A stretch of DNA of 64,000 nt from an uncultured Flavobacterium sp. (GCA_964598455.1 CAZRCB010000001.1:11406-75405), one strand, 5' to 3'; counted from the stretch's first letter, positions 35,932 to 45,269 are shown. Notes: generated by a model not told the origin, from the sequence alone. A program made the numbers and translations.

Positions 35932-38040
35932 TTACATTCTCTCTGGAACTTGAATTCCTAATAGTGTGAATGCTGCTTTTATCGTATCGCCCACTTTCTT
36001 AGAAAGTTGTACTCTGAATATCTTATCAGTATGATCCTCAGCCGCTAAAATAGGCGTACTTTGATAGAACGAATTATATTCTCTAACCAAGTCATACGTA
36101 TAATTGGCAATGAGCGCCGGACTATAGGCATGAGCTGCATTCTGAATGATTTCAGGGAACATTGCCAATTGTTTGATGATTTCTTTTTCTTTATCTGCTA
36201 AGGCGTAGTTCGAGATTTCAGAAGAGAAATCAAAGTCTGCTTTTCTTATGATCGATTGAATTCTAGCATAGGTATATTGGATAAACGGACCTGTATTACC
36301 TGTGAAATCAACTGATTCTTTTGGGTCAAACAAGATTCTTTTCTTTGGATCTACTTTTAGGATATAATATTTCAAAGCTCCAAGACCGATGATTTTGTAT
36401 AGTCTATCTTTATCCTCTTCTGAATAGCCATCAAGCTTGCCTAGTTCCTCTGAGATTTCTCTGGCTGTAGTTTCCATAGCTGCGATGAGTTCGTCAGCAT
36501 CTACGACTGTTCCTTCTCTGGATTTCATTTTCCCTGATGGCAAATCAACCATTCCGTAGGATAAATGGAAAAGGTTATCAGCCCAAGAATAGCCTAGTTT
36601 TTTCAGAATCAGAAATAACACTTTGAAGTGATAATCTTGTTCGTTACCAACGGTATAAACCATTCCGTTTACATCCGGAAAATCTTTTACACGTTGAATT
36701 GCCGTTCCGATATCTTGGGTCATATACACCGATGTTCCGTCTGAACGAAGCACTAATTTCTCGTCTAAACCTTCATCGGTCAAATCAATCCAAACGGAGT
36801 TGTCTGGTTTTTTGTAGAAAACTCCTTTAGAAATTCCGTCTTCAACTACGTCTTTCCCTAAAAGATACGTGTTACTTTCGTAATAATTGCAGTCAAAATC
36901 AACTCCGATGTTTTTATACGTAACATCAAAACCATCATACACCCAACCGTTCATTCTATTCCAAAGCTCCATCACTTTAGGTTTTCCTGCCTCCCAATCC
37001 AAAAGCATCTGTTGGGCTTCCTGAATTAAAGGAGATTGTTTTTTATATTCTTCAAAAATGGTAGAAAAAATTTGATATCTATTCATTCTATCAAATTTAT
37101 GCTCTCGTACAATAGGCATAATTCTTTTTTCTATTGTTTTATAAGTGGTTGTAAATTCTTCTCTTTTTTCTAATGATGAAATTCCTGCAAATACACTAAG
37201 TAAAGTCGTAATGTTTCCTGCGAATTCATTTTTATTTTTATAATAGTAATCTGCCAAAGCAATTCCTGCAATAGTCAAAATTAAATTTTTAGGTTTTACT
37301 TCAATTGAAGTGTTTATTTCAGTAATAGTTTCTAAGCTTTTTATGATTTTTGGTTCTTGAGGCTTTTTACTTTCAACATATTCATCATAAATTCTATTAG
37401 CAATTTCTTCTATTCTTTTTAGTTCATCTTTATACTCATTGTTATACTTAACATAATAATTTCCAACCAATTTATCTCCTTTGAGTCCAGTAGATTCAGG
37501 CGTTTCTCCGTTTCCGAATTTCTGCCAAGCCAACATTGACTTACAGATATGAATTCCTCTGTCGTTAATAACCTGGGTTTTATATACTTTCTTGCCGGAT
37601 GCTTCTAAGATTTGCGCCACAGAATAACCTAAAAGCACGTTTCTGACGTGTCCTAGGTGAAGTGGTTTATTGGTGTTTGGCGAGGCAAATTCAACCATAA
37701 CAGCTTCCTCTCCCTGCGCTACATAACCAAACCTGTCATTATCTTTGATTTGGTTGAAGTAATTCAAATAATACTCATCGGCAATTACGATATTCAAGAA
37801 TCCTGAAACCACATTAAAGCTAGCAACTTCTGAGGTGTTTTCTACTAAATATGTTCCGATTGCATTTCCGATTTCAGCAGGATTTCCTTTAATAACTTTG
37901 AGCAAGGGGAATATTACGACTGTAATATCTCCTTCAAAATCCCTACGAGTAGCCTGAAATTCTACTTTTTCGATATCAATACCGAAAAGTGATTGAACAG
38001 CATGCTGGACTTTGGCAGTAAGAATTTCTTGTAAACTCAT
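35932..38040 (-). CDS. argS: Arginine--tRNA ligase with an extra ~110-aa internal segment
   Basis: The protein is 702 aa. The class I HIGH motif is NKPLHLGHVRN, and the C-terminal anticodon-binding domain ends ...LGIQVPERM. Residues ~208-331 have no counterpart in the ArgS sequences I remember (see findings). Confidence 0.9.
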   Translation of the reverse strand: MSLQEILTAKVQHAVQSLFGIDIEKVEFQATRRDFEGDITVVIFPLLKVIKGNPAEIGNAIGTYLVENTSEVASFNVVSGFLNIVIADEYYLNYFNQIKDNDRFGYVAQGEEAVMVEFASPNTNKPLHLGHVRNVLLGYSVAQILEASGKKVYKTQVINDRGIHICKSMLAWQKFGNGETPESTGLKGDKLVGNYYVKYNNEYKDELKRIEEIANRIYDEYVESKKPQEPKIIKSLETITEINTSIEVKPKNLILTIAGIALADYYYKNKNEFAGNITTLLSVFAGISSLEKREEFTTTYKTIEKRIMPIVREHKFDRMNRYQIFSTIFEEYKKQSPLIQEAQQMLLDWEAGKPKVMELWNRMNGWVYDGFDVTYKNIGVDFDCNYYESNTYLLGKDVVEDGISKGVFYKKPDNSVWIDLTDEGLDEKLVLRSDGTSVYMTQDIGTAIQRVKDFPDVNGMVYTVGNEQDYHFKVLFLILKKLGYSWADNLFHLSYGMVDLPSGKMKSREGTVVDADELIAAMETTAREISEELGKLDGYSEEDKDRLYKIIGLGALKYYILKVDPKKRILFDPKESVDFTGNTGPFIQYTYARIQSIIRKADFDFSSEISNYALADKEKEIIKQLAMFPEIIQNAAHAYSPALIANYTYDLVREYNSFYQSTPILAAEDHTDKIFRVQLSKKVGDTIKAAFTLLGIQVPERM

Positions 38041-38075
38041 TGTTTCTATATATTATAAGGTTATAAATCAGTTTG

Positions 38076-38083
38076 CAAAGGTA
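38076..38083 (-). promoter_or_regulatory. Candidate -7 box (TACCTTTG) for argS
   Basis: The reverse strand reads TACCTTTG, 36 nt upstream of ATG 38040. Confidence 0.35.
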
Positions 38084-38139
38084 AGAATTATTAGATGTTT
38101 TCCGCTCTATTTTTGCGTGTCTGAAATTCTTAATTTCTA

Positions 38140-38147
38140 AATAAGGC
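38140..38147 (+). promoter_or_regulatory. Candidate -7 box (TACCTTTG) for fmt
   Basis: It matches TAnnTTTG, 42 nt upstream of ATG 38189. It is divergent from the argS box. Confidence 0.35.
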
Positions 38148-38188
38148 TGTACCTTTGAGGTCTTGTTACTTTTAAATTTAAGAATGCT

Positions 38189-39136
38189 ATGAAAAAACTA
38201 AGGATTGTATTTATGGGAACTCCTGATTTCGCAACTGGAATTCTAGAAGCGATTTTAGAGCATAACTACGAAGTTGTTGGAGTGGTTACTGCACCTGACA
38301 GGCCCGCGGGTAGGGGTCAGAAAATCTCCCTTTCGTCAGTTAAACAGTTTGCCATAGACAAAGGGCTGAAAATCCTACAGCCTACAAATCTAAAAGACGA
38401 AGCATTCCTAGAAGAACTTCGCTCACTTCAAGCCAACCTACAAGTAGTTGTTGCTTTTAGAATGTTGCCCAAACAGGTTTGGGAGATGCCCGAATTAGGC
38501 ACTTTTAACCTTCACGCTTCGCTATTGCCACAATACAGGGGTGCCGCTCCAATCAATTGGGCAATCATAAACGGAGAAAAAAAGACAGGCGTCACTACAT
38601 TCTTTATTGATGAGAAGATAGATACTGGCGCGATGATTCTTCATGACAGTCTAGAAATCGGACCTAACGAGGATGCCGGTAGTCTGCATGACAGGTTAAT
38701 GGATTTAGGCAAAAAAACTGTCTTACAGACACTTTCACTCATTGAGAGCTCAACTTTACAAACCACCATACAGTCCGAATCATCAACACTAAAAACAGCT
38801 CACAAACTCAACAAAGAAAACACTAAGATAAACTGGGAAAATTCGCTTTCAGAAATTCACAACCTCATCAGAGGGCTTTCGCCTTATCCGTGTGCGTGGA
38901 CAATTATCGAAGATGGGGCTAAACAGTGGAATATTAAAATATATGAAGCTGAGAAAGAAGAGGTTTTGCATAGCTTAGCCACTGGCTGTCTAATTACTAC
39001 TAAAAAAGAGTTGAAAGTTGCAGTAAAGGGTGGTTACATACACATAAACAACCTTCAATTTCCAGGTAAAAAGAGGATGAGCGCGCCAGAATTTCTAAAC
39101 GGATATACATTTTCTGAACAAGCAAAAGCCCTATAA
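38189..39136 (+). CDS. fmt: Methionyl-tRNA formyltransferase
   Basis: The protein is 315 aa. The strings IVFMGTPDFA...VVGVVTAPDRPAGRGQK...NLHASLLPQYRGAAPINWAIINGE are Fmt signatures. Confidence 0.9.
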   Translation: MKKLRIVFMGTPDFATGILEAILEHNYEVVGVVTAPDRPAGRGQKISLSSVKQFAIDKGLKILQPTNLKDEAFLEELRSLQANLQVVVAFRMLPKQVWEMPELGTFNLHASLLPQYRGAAPINWAIINGEKKTGVTTFFIDEKIDTGAMILHDSLEIGPNEDAGSLHDRLMDLGKKTVLQTLSLIESSTLQTTIQSESSTLKTAHKLNKENTKINWENSLSEIHNLIRGLSPYPCAWTIIEDGAKQWNIKIYEAEKEEVLHSLATGCLITTKKELKVAVKGGYIHINNLQFPGKKRMSAPEFLNGYTFSEQAKAL

Positions 39137-39233
39137 ATTCCATTAAAATAGGGAGGCTCAAGTAAAATCTGTTTTATTTATCAACAAAACAAGGTGTTTT
39201 ATCAACAAAAACGAAATAAATTTCGAAAAAAAC

Positions 39234-39263
39234 TTGCACAGCTCATAAAAGCACCTAATTTTG
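39234..39263 (+). promoter_or_regulatory. Bacteroidota-type promoter for HU (TTG-N19-TAATTTTG)
   Basis: TTG at 39234-39236 and TAATTTTG at 39256-39263 fit the -33 TTG / -7 TAnnTTTG arrangement. The element lies 52 nt upstream of ATG 39315. Confidence 0.5.
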
Positions 39264-39314
39264 TTTAAGTTATTTTTTATAAAATTGTTTAACCTAACCA
39301 TTAAAAGTAAAATT

Positions 39315-39590
39315 ATGAACAAATCAGAACTAATTGATGCTATTGCAGCTGATGCTGGAATTTCTAAAGTAGCTGCTAAAAAAGCTCTAGAATCAGTTAC
39401 AGAAAACGTAACCAAAACCCTAAAAAGTGGCGGAAGAGTATCACTTGTAGGATTCGGATCATTCTCAGTTGCTAACAGAGCTGCTAGAGACGGAAGAAAC
39501 CCACAAACTGGAAAGACTATTAAGATTGCCGCTAAAAACGTAGTTAAATTTAAAGCTGGCGCTGAATTAGAAGGATCTGTAAACAGTTAA
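39315..39590 (+). CDS. hup: HU family DNA-binding protein
   Basis: This is track ORF 39261..39590, trimmed to [11 protein letters not shown]... The strings GFGSFSV..RAAR.GRNPQTG..I.I are HU/IHF signatures. Confidence 0.9.
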   Translation: MNKSELIDAIAADAGISKVAAKKALESVTENVTKTLKSGGRVSLVGFGSFSVANRAARDGRNPQTGKTIKIAAKNVVKFKAGAELEGSVNS

Positions 39591-39625
39591 TAACTGTTTT
39601 TGTAAAAAGATTTTAAAAAGGTGCT

Positions 39626-39655
39626 GGTGCAAACAAGCACCTTTTCTACTTTAAA
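39626..39655 (+). terminator. Rho-independent terminator after hup
   Basis: AAAAGGTGCT / AGCACCTTTT forms a 10-bp stem with a 10-nt loop. It ends in a T-run. Confidence 0.6.
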
Positions 39656-39666
39656 AACACATCGTT

Positions 39667-40230
39667 TTGACTGCTAATATCATTCAAAAAGGAAAGCTGC
39701 TAGTATCAGACATATCATTGATGCTAGACGCGTCATTTTCTCGTTCAGTCATTCTTATAACTGAACACACACCTCTAGGTATTACAGGGTTTATTCTCAA
39801 TAAGCCTTCTGAAAATATTCTTGTCAATGAAGCTGTCCCCGAATTAATGTATGACGTACCGATATACGAAGGAGGTCCTGTTGAAGAAAATAGTTTGTTT
39901 TTTATCCACAATATTCCAGAACTCATTCCTAATAGTGATGAAATAGCTGACGGATTATATTTTGCAGGAGACTTTAATGTAGTCATTGAGCTAGCTGAAC
40001 AAGGTAAATTATCTAAAAAAAACATCCGCTTCTTTGCAGGATATACAGGCTGGGGAGCCAATCAACTTGAAACAGAAATCAGAAAAAAGTCTTGGGTAGT
40101 TTTTGACAATAAACACAAGGACAGGATTTTATGTAAATCATCCTCTAAACTTTGGAAAAAACACATTGAGTCTTTAGGAGAAAAATATTTAATTTGGTCT
40201 AATGCACCTGAAGATCCTTGTGACAATTAA
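39667..40230 (+). CDS. YqgE/AlgH family protein (UPF0301)
   Basis: The protein is 187 aa with a TTG start. The strings FSRSVILITEH...GFILNKP...GGPV...GYTGWGANQLE are family hallmarks. Confidence 0.75.
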   Translation: MTANIIQKGKLLVSDISLMLDASFSRSVILITEHTPLGITGFILNKPSENILVNEAVPELMYDVPIYEGGPVEENSLFFIHNIPELIPNSDEIADGLYFAGDFNVVIELAEQGKLSKKNIRFFAGYTGWGANQLETEIRKKSWVVFDNKHKDRILCKSSSKLWKKHIESLGEKYLIWSNAPEDPCDN

Positions 40231-40405
40231 ATCTAAACCCCCAAAGTACTTTCTTTTCTTATACCATTCTCCCCATCTATTGAAGCAGTGTGATTCTTAG
40301 ACTAATTATTTATTAACTAATAATTACGCCTTAATACAGAATAATATTTTAATTTTGAATCTTCATCTAAAAGCTACTGCTGCTGAGATTCAAAATTTAC
40401 TTCCG

Positions 40406-41344
40406 ATGGAATCAACCTTCAGAAATGACACTTTTAAGAAAGTGTTGTTTTTCATTTTAGCACTCTTCTGTCTTTCGCCTTGGGCTTCTTCGCCACTTGC
40501 CTTGGCCTTGGGTATTGCTTTCACTATTAGTATCGGAAATCCATTCGAAAAACAGCTTCATAAATACATTACTTTATTATTACAAGTCTCTATCGTTGGG
40601 CTAGGGTTTGGACTCAAACTCAATGAAGCCATGAACGTCGGGAGAACTGGATTTATTTTTACGGCAATCAGCATTGCAAGCGTGATGATTCTTGGGTATT
40701 TATTCGGAAAGTTCCTGAAACTCGAAAAACCTCTTTCGTATCTGATTTCTATAGGGACGGCTATCTGTGGAGGGAGCGCTATTGCTGCAGTAACACCCAT
40801 TATCAAACCTACGACCAAGCAAATCTCATTAGCACTAGCCATTGTCTTTACACTTAATTCTCTTGCCTTGTTTATATTTCCCAACATCGGACACTGGCTA
40901 ATGATGACTCAGGAGCAATTCGGACTTTGGTGTGCTATTGGCATACACGACACTAGTTCTGTGGTAGGAGCAGCAAGTAAATTTGGTGATGAGGCGCTAA
41001 AAGTGGCTACGACTGTAAAGCTCTCAAGAGCACTTTGGATAATACCGATGTCATTGCTAACCATGCTACTATTTAGGACTAAAGGAGTTAAGGTAAAAAT
41101 CCCGTGGTTTATTGGCTATTTCATTCTTGCGATTATACTGAATACCTATTTCCCTATTTTTGATAATATCAGCGGAGTAATTACTAAAATCGCTAAATCT
41201 GGACTAAACCTGACGCTTTTCTTTATCGGTTCTACAATTTCTTTGAATACGCTAAAGACCATCAGCTGGAAACCTCTGTTTTTTGCTGTTGTACTCTGGA
41301 CGATTATCAGTGTAGGGAGTTTATTACTGATTCTGAACCAATAG
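40406..41344 (+). CDS. YeiH family putative sulfate exporter (polytopic membrane protein)
   Basis: This is track ORF 40355..41344. ATG 40406 (MESTFRNDTFKK...) is the more likely start. It has about 10 TM helices and the string GTAICGGSAIAA. Confidence 0.65.
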   Translation: MESTFRNDTFKKVLFFILALFCLSPWASSPLALALGIAFTISIGNPFEKQLHKYITLLLQVSIVGLGFGLKLNEAMNVGRTGFIFTAISIASVMILGYLFGKFLKLEKPLSYLISIGTAICGGSAIAAVTPIIKPTTKQISLALAIVFTLNSLALFIFPNIGHWLMMTQEQFGLWCAIGIHDTSSVVGAASKFGDEALKVATTVKLSRALWIIPMSLLTMLLFRTKGVKVKIPWFIGYFILAIILNTYFPIFDNISGVITKIAKSGLNLTLFFIGSTISLNTLKTISWKPLFFAVVLWTIISVGSLLLILNQ

Positions 41345-41383
41345 AAATTCAGTTAACTACTTACAACAATTTCCTTATCATAT

Positions 41384-41425
41384 AAAAAAACAGGCTATCC
41401 GTTGTGAGGACAGCCTGTTTTTTTT
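41384..41425. terminator. Bidirectional intrinsic terminator between convergent genes
   Basis: The sequence is A7-CAGGCTATCC-GTTGTGA-GGACAGCCTG-T8. The hairpin is flanked by an A-run and a T-run, between the YeiH-like gene (+) and sucC (-). Confidence 0.7.
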
Positions 41426-41451
41426 AGGTTTGTAGTATATTTTGAAAAGGA

Positions 41452-42645
41452 TTAACCTAATACTTCTTTTACTTTATCTGCAGCTTCTTGGAACTGAACT
41501 GCTGAATGCACTGCAAGACCTGATGCATCGATCATTTCTTTAGCAAGCTCTGCGTTTGTACCTTGAAGACGAACAATAATAGGAACCTTAATAGCGTCTC
41601 CCATGTTTTTGTAAGCATCAATAACTCCTTGAGCTACACGGTCACAACGTACAATTCCACCAAAGATATTGATAAGGATTGCCTTAACGTTAGGGTCTTT
41701 TAAGATGATTTTGAAAGCTGCTTCTACACGTTTAGCGTCAGCTGTTCCACCTACGTCAAGGAAGTTAGCTGGCTCGTATCCGGCGTGCTTGATTAAGTCC
41801 ATGGTTGCCATTGCAAGTCCTGCGCCGTTTACCATACAACCTACGTTTCCGTCAAGGTCGACATAGTTTAGCCCCACTGCTCTAGCTTCAACCTCGATTG
41901 GGTTTTCTTCGAGAATATCTCTCATGTCCTCATATTTCGGGTGTCTGTAAAGCGCGTTGTCATCAAGCGTTACTTTAGCATCAACTGCTAATATTTTGTT
42001 GTCTGATGTTTTTAGGACTGGGTTGATTTCAAATAAAGATGCATCTGACTGCACATAAGCTGTATAAAGCGATGTTACGAATTTAACCATTTCTTTGAAT
42101 GCATTGCCTGACAATCCTAGGTTGAATGCGATTCTTCTAGCTTGGAATCCTTGGAGTCCAACAGATGGGTCAACCTCTTCAGTAAAGATAAGGTGTGGGG
42201 TTTTTTCTGCTACTTCTTCGATATCCATTCCTCCTTCAGTGGAATACATGATCATATTTTTAGCAGTTCCTCTATTCAGAAGCACAGACATATAGAACTC
42301 TGAAGTTTCTGATTCTCCAGGATAGTATACATCTTCAGCTACAAGTACTTTATGAACTTTTTTTCCAGCTGGAGGTGTTTGCGGCGTAATAAGCTGCATT
42401 CCAATGATTTGTTCTGCAATTTCCTCTACTTGTTGTAGGTTTTTAGCCAACTTTACTCCTCCTCCTTTTCCTCTTCCTCCTGCATGGACTTGTGCTTTGA
42501 TTACGTGCCATCCTGTTCCGGTTTCAGCAGTAAGTTGTTTGGCTTTAGCAACGGCCTCTTCAGCATTGTTTGCCACATAACCTCTCTGAACTTTAACTCC
42601 ATGAGAAGCTAAAATTTCTTTTCCTTGGTATTCGTGTAAATTCAT
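41452..42645 (-). CDS. sucC: Succinate--CoA ligase (ADP-forming) subunit beta
   Basis: This is track ORF 41452..42759, trimmed to [22 protein letters not shown]... (canonical SucC N-terminus). The protein is 397 aa, and the C-terminal part has GGIVRCD. Confidence 0.9.
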   Translation of the reverse strand: MNLHEYQGKEILASHGVKVQRGYVANNAEEAVAKAKQLTAETGTGWHVIKAQVHAGGRGKGGGVKLAKNLQQVEEIAEQIIGMQLITPQTPPAGKKVHKVLVAEDVYYPGESETSEFYMSVLLNRGTAKNMIMYSTEGGMDIEEVAEKTPHLIFTEEVDPSVGLQGFQARRIAFNLGLSGNAFKEMVKFVTSLYTAYVQSDASLFEINPVLKTSDNKILAVDAKVTLDDNALYRHPKYEDMRDILEENPIEVEARAVGLNYVDLDGNVGCMVNGAGLAMATMDLIKHAGYEPANFLDVGGTADAKRVEAAFKIILKDPNVKAILINIFGGIVRCDRVAQGVIDAYKNMGDAIKVPIIVRLQGTNAELAKEMIDASGLAVHSAVQFQEAADKVKEVLG

Positions 42646-43100
42646 ATCTAGAAATTTATCGTGTTTTAAAAAGTGTAACAAAAGTACTGAAAACCCATTT
42701 AAAAGCCTAATCTTTTTTGGCAAGTGTTTTATAATTTGATTTTTGAAGCAAAAAGTCAAAATAAATTAAATTTATATTCCCGCTTCTATCTCAGAACTTT
42801 ATAGGCAAATATTTTATTTCCTGCACATCTCAAAACTCTAATTATCAGCACTATAAACAACACAAACACTAATGCAACCTAGTCCAAAAACACATTCAGA
42901 GTTATCATGCAATTCACCTATAAACCAAGCTGATTGCACTTAATCTCTCATAGCTGAGTAGGATTTACGGGTAAGATCTATTAAAAAGATAGGCGCATAA
43001 CTTATCTTAATTGTTTAAGTAAGCTATGTTTTATTAACTTTGCAAGAGTGAAATAAGGTTGTTTTATCTAATCAATAATCTAAAAAAACAGAGATTATCT

Positions 43101-43955
43101 ATGTCAAAAACCCATAAAACAGCGGAAGAAAAACAAGAAGCTAGAGAACAATTTAAAAAAAAATGGCGCGACATCATATTCAGTACTTCTACCAAACAAG
43201 GTAGAAGGTTTGACATATATTTATTGTGGTTTATCCTATTTTCGATATTCCTTCTGATTATAGAGAGCATGCCAAATCTATCTGATTCGGCTAGAATAAT
43301 ATTTTATGTTCTAGAGGTAACTGTTTCTATTATATTTATCATAGAATATTTCTTTAGAATTTATATTTCAACCAGACCTCTAAAATATATCCTCAGTGTT
43401 TGGGGAATCATCGATCTTCTGGCGATTTTACCTGTGCTTTTGATGCCTTTTACTAACCAAGCATACTTTTTTAGAATCATCAGAATACTTAGGCTAATTC
43501 GTGTATTTAAGATATTTAGAATAAACAAATTCACGCGAGAGGCTTATTCTCTCTACAACTCACTTGTATCGAGTGTGTACAAGATATCTGTCTTTATGTT
43601 TTTTGTAGTGATGCTAGCCGTAATTATGGGAGGCTTGATGTTTATGCTTGAAGGAGGAGCAAATGAGCAATTAAATTCTATTCCAAAAAGTATTTACTGG
43701 GCTATAGTTACTATTACAACTGTTGGCTTTGGCGATGTAACTCCTATTACGAATCTAGGAAAATTCTTTGCATCGATAATGATGTTGTTGGGTTATGCTA
43801 TTATTGCCGTTCCGACCGGAATTGTATCCTTAGAAATGTTTAGACAAAGTGGCAAAGAAACTGCGAAAAAACACTTGAAATGTACAGTTTGCAACCATAC
43901 CAACGAAATCGCAGCTATCTATTGCAACCAATGTAGCAACAAACTACGAAATTAG
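43101..43955 (+). CDS. Voltage-sensor-containing K+ channel (6TM ion transport family) with C-terminal zinc-ribbon
   Basis: This is track ORF 43059..43955, trimmed to ATG 43101. The S4-like helix is FFRIIRILRLIRVFKIFRINK, the K+ selectivity filter is TITTVGFGD, and the C-terminus is CTVCNHTNEIAAIYCNQCSNKL (CxxC...CxxC). Confidence 0.8.
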   Translation: MSKTHKTAEEKQEAREQFKKKWRDIIFSTSTKQGRRFDIYLLWFILFSIFLLIIESMPNLSDSARIIFYVLEVTVSIIFIIEYFFRIYISTRPLKYILSVWGIIDLLAILPVLLMPFTNQAYFFRIIRILRLIRVFKIFRINKFTREAYSLYNSLVSSVYKISVFMFFVVMLAVIMGGLMFMLEGGANEQLNSIPKSIYWAIVTITTVGFGDVTPITNLGKFFASIMMLLGYAIIAVPTGIVSLEMFRQSGKETAKKHLKCTVCNHTNEIAAIYCNQCSNKLRN

Positions 43956-44884
43956 GCTGTCAAAAATTGCACAAACGAAAAGACTGAAAGTAACAATAGT
44001 AAGACTACAATAACTTCTTTCATCCAGTCTCGCTTGACGTATGAGATAAAATTACTCCCCATAATAGCTAGAGGAGTAAAACAATACAACCACAATCCCT
44101 CGTGTTTTCCGGTAGTAAACAAGTAGACAAAAACTCCAACTATGAGCATGGATATGACAATTTTTATGGAATTCTGTACCATTGCCAAATAACTCGGAAC
44201 AGCCATTATTTGAAAAGCCAGCACAATAATCAGAAAAGTAAGCCAGGTTGACGTATGTATCGATTGGGATTGATTAGCTATATACTCAAAACTAAAGTCC
44301 GCTCCCATTTTGCCTTGAATAGTCGTTAATACACCCATATCAAAGGCAAAAGCATACAATAACAACAATATCGAAACTGCAGAGAAGCCAAAAATCGGAA
44401 TAATCCAATTTCTGAAATCGTTTGATGCATGAATAATTATGGAGATAAAAACCAATGCGAAGAACAGTATCGACCAAAATTCAAAAATAGCCGCAACAGT
44501 GACCCAAAGCGAGGCATCAAATATTTTTTGCTTTACTTGAACGTGAGACCGTAATGACACTAACCTTCTGAAAGACAGCAATATGAACATACTTGAAAGC
44601 ACGACAGACCACTCTAGGAATACCTCTGGAATCAGCAGAAGGAAAAGTGTGTACAACAAGATTGCATAATCATCATTCTTATTAATTTGATTCTTTTTAG
44701 CAATGAGATCAGTCAGGAAAATAGAAAATAATATCAACGGGATAATCAGATAAATCCCCTTTGTTTCCCAAAGTGCGTATTCACCACCATCGTATATGAA
44801 TGCGAAAATAAGTCCAAGCGCTATGATCAGGGTGGATATGAGTAAATGTACAGGTCTAGATTTACTGAAAATCTTTGTTAGCAT
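43952..44884 (-). CDS. Polytopic membrane protein, unknown function
   Basis: The protein is 310 aa with about 9 hydrophobic helices. I recognise no catalytic motif. Its stop codon overlaps the stop of the convergent channel gene. Confidence 0.55.
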   Translation of the reverse strand: MLTKIFSKSRPVHLLISTLIIALGLIFAFIYDGGEYALWETKGIYLIIPLILFSIFLTDLIAKKNQINKNDDYAILLYTLFLLLIPEVFLEWSVVLSSMFILLSFRRLVSLRSHVQVKQKIFDASLWVTVAAIFEFWSILFFALVFISIIIHASNDFRNWIIPIFGFSAVSILLLLYAFAFDMGVLTTIQGKMGADFSFEYIANQSQSIHTSTWLTFLIIVLAFQIMAVPSYLAMVQNSIKIVISMLIVGVFVYLFTTGKHEGLWLYCFTPLAIMGSNFISYVKRDWMKEVIVVLLLLLSVFSFVQFLTA

Positions 44885-44934
44885 ATTCGTTTTTTATATT
44901 ATATTTGCAAATGTAAAACATTAATGTATCAGTG

Positions 44935-45165
44935 ATGAAATCATTTTTTGAAGCAATACAGTACCTATTCGAAGAAGTTCTATTTACACCTATGAACCTT
45001 TTTACTAAAATAGAATTAGAAAATTGGTGGACAGCTAACCTTGTGAACTGGATTTTCATGATTATTTGTATCGTAGCCATGTTATATTGGTTAAAACAAC
45101 TACAAATTTTCAAGAAAAAAGGTGACGATATTCAAGACACTACTGCGCATTCATTCTTGAAGTAA
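44935..45165 (+). CDS. Small membrane protein, unknown function
   Basis: The protein is 76 aa with one TM helix (LVNWIFMIICIVAMLYWL). A strong terminator follows it. Confidence 0.5.
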   Translation: MKSFFEAIQYLFEEVLFTPMNLFTKIELENWWTANLVNWIFMIICIVAMLYWLKQLQIFKKKGDDIQDTTAHSFLK

Positions 45166-45183
45166 GCCACATAAACTTATAGT

Positions 45184-45221
45184 AAAACTCCTTACAGACA
45201 CCCAAGTTCGTAAGGAGTTTT
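45184..45221 (+). terminator. Rho-independent terminator
   Basis: There is a perfect 12-bp stem, AAAACTCCTTAC / GTAAGGAGTTTT, with a 14-nt loop. T-rich sequence follows. Confidence 0.65.
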
Positions 45222-45269
45222 TGAGTTTGTATCAAATATTCACTATAATATATTTAAAACAAAACTAAA

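Noticed and set aside
37048-37419. Intein as an explanation for the extra segment in ArgS.
   Set aside because: There is no Cys/Ser/Thr at the N-terminal junction and no His-Asn plus Cys/Ser/Thr at the C-terminal junction. There are no recognisable splicing blocks, and the segment is shorter than mini-inteins.
39158-39415. Minus-strand 85-aa ORF across the HU promoter and start.
   Set aside because: It overlaps a good TTG-N19-TAATTTTG promoter and the 5' end of the clearly real HU gene. The peptide is low-complexity.
42646-42759. N-terminal extensions of track ORFs. Examples are sucC from 42759, the L,D-transpeptidase from 2327, the globin from 4855, HU from 39261, purH from 51466, recJ from 54014, DUF4254 from 51638 and the channel from 43059.
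   Set aside because: In each case an internal ATG gives the canonical family N-terminus or a proper signal peptide. The upstream residues are non-conserved-looking read-through of promoter DNA.
44862-45113. Minus-strand 83-aa ORF opposite the small membrane-protein gene.
   Set aside because: It would overlap both the promoter region of the 43952..44884 gene and the plus-strand ORF that is followed by a strong terminator. The plus-strand ORF has a clean TM helix, so I prefer it, although neither is proven.
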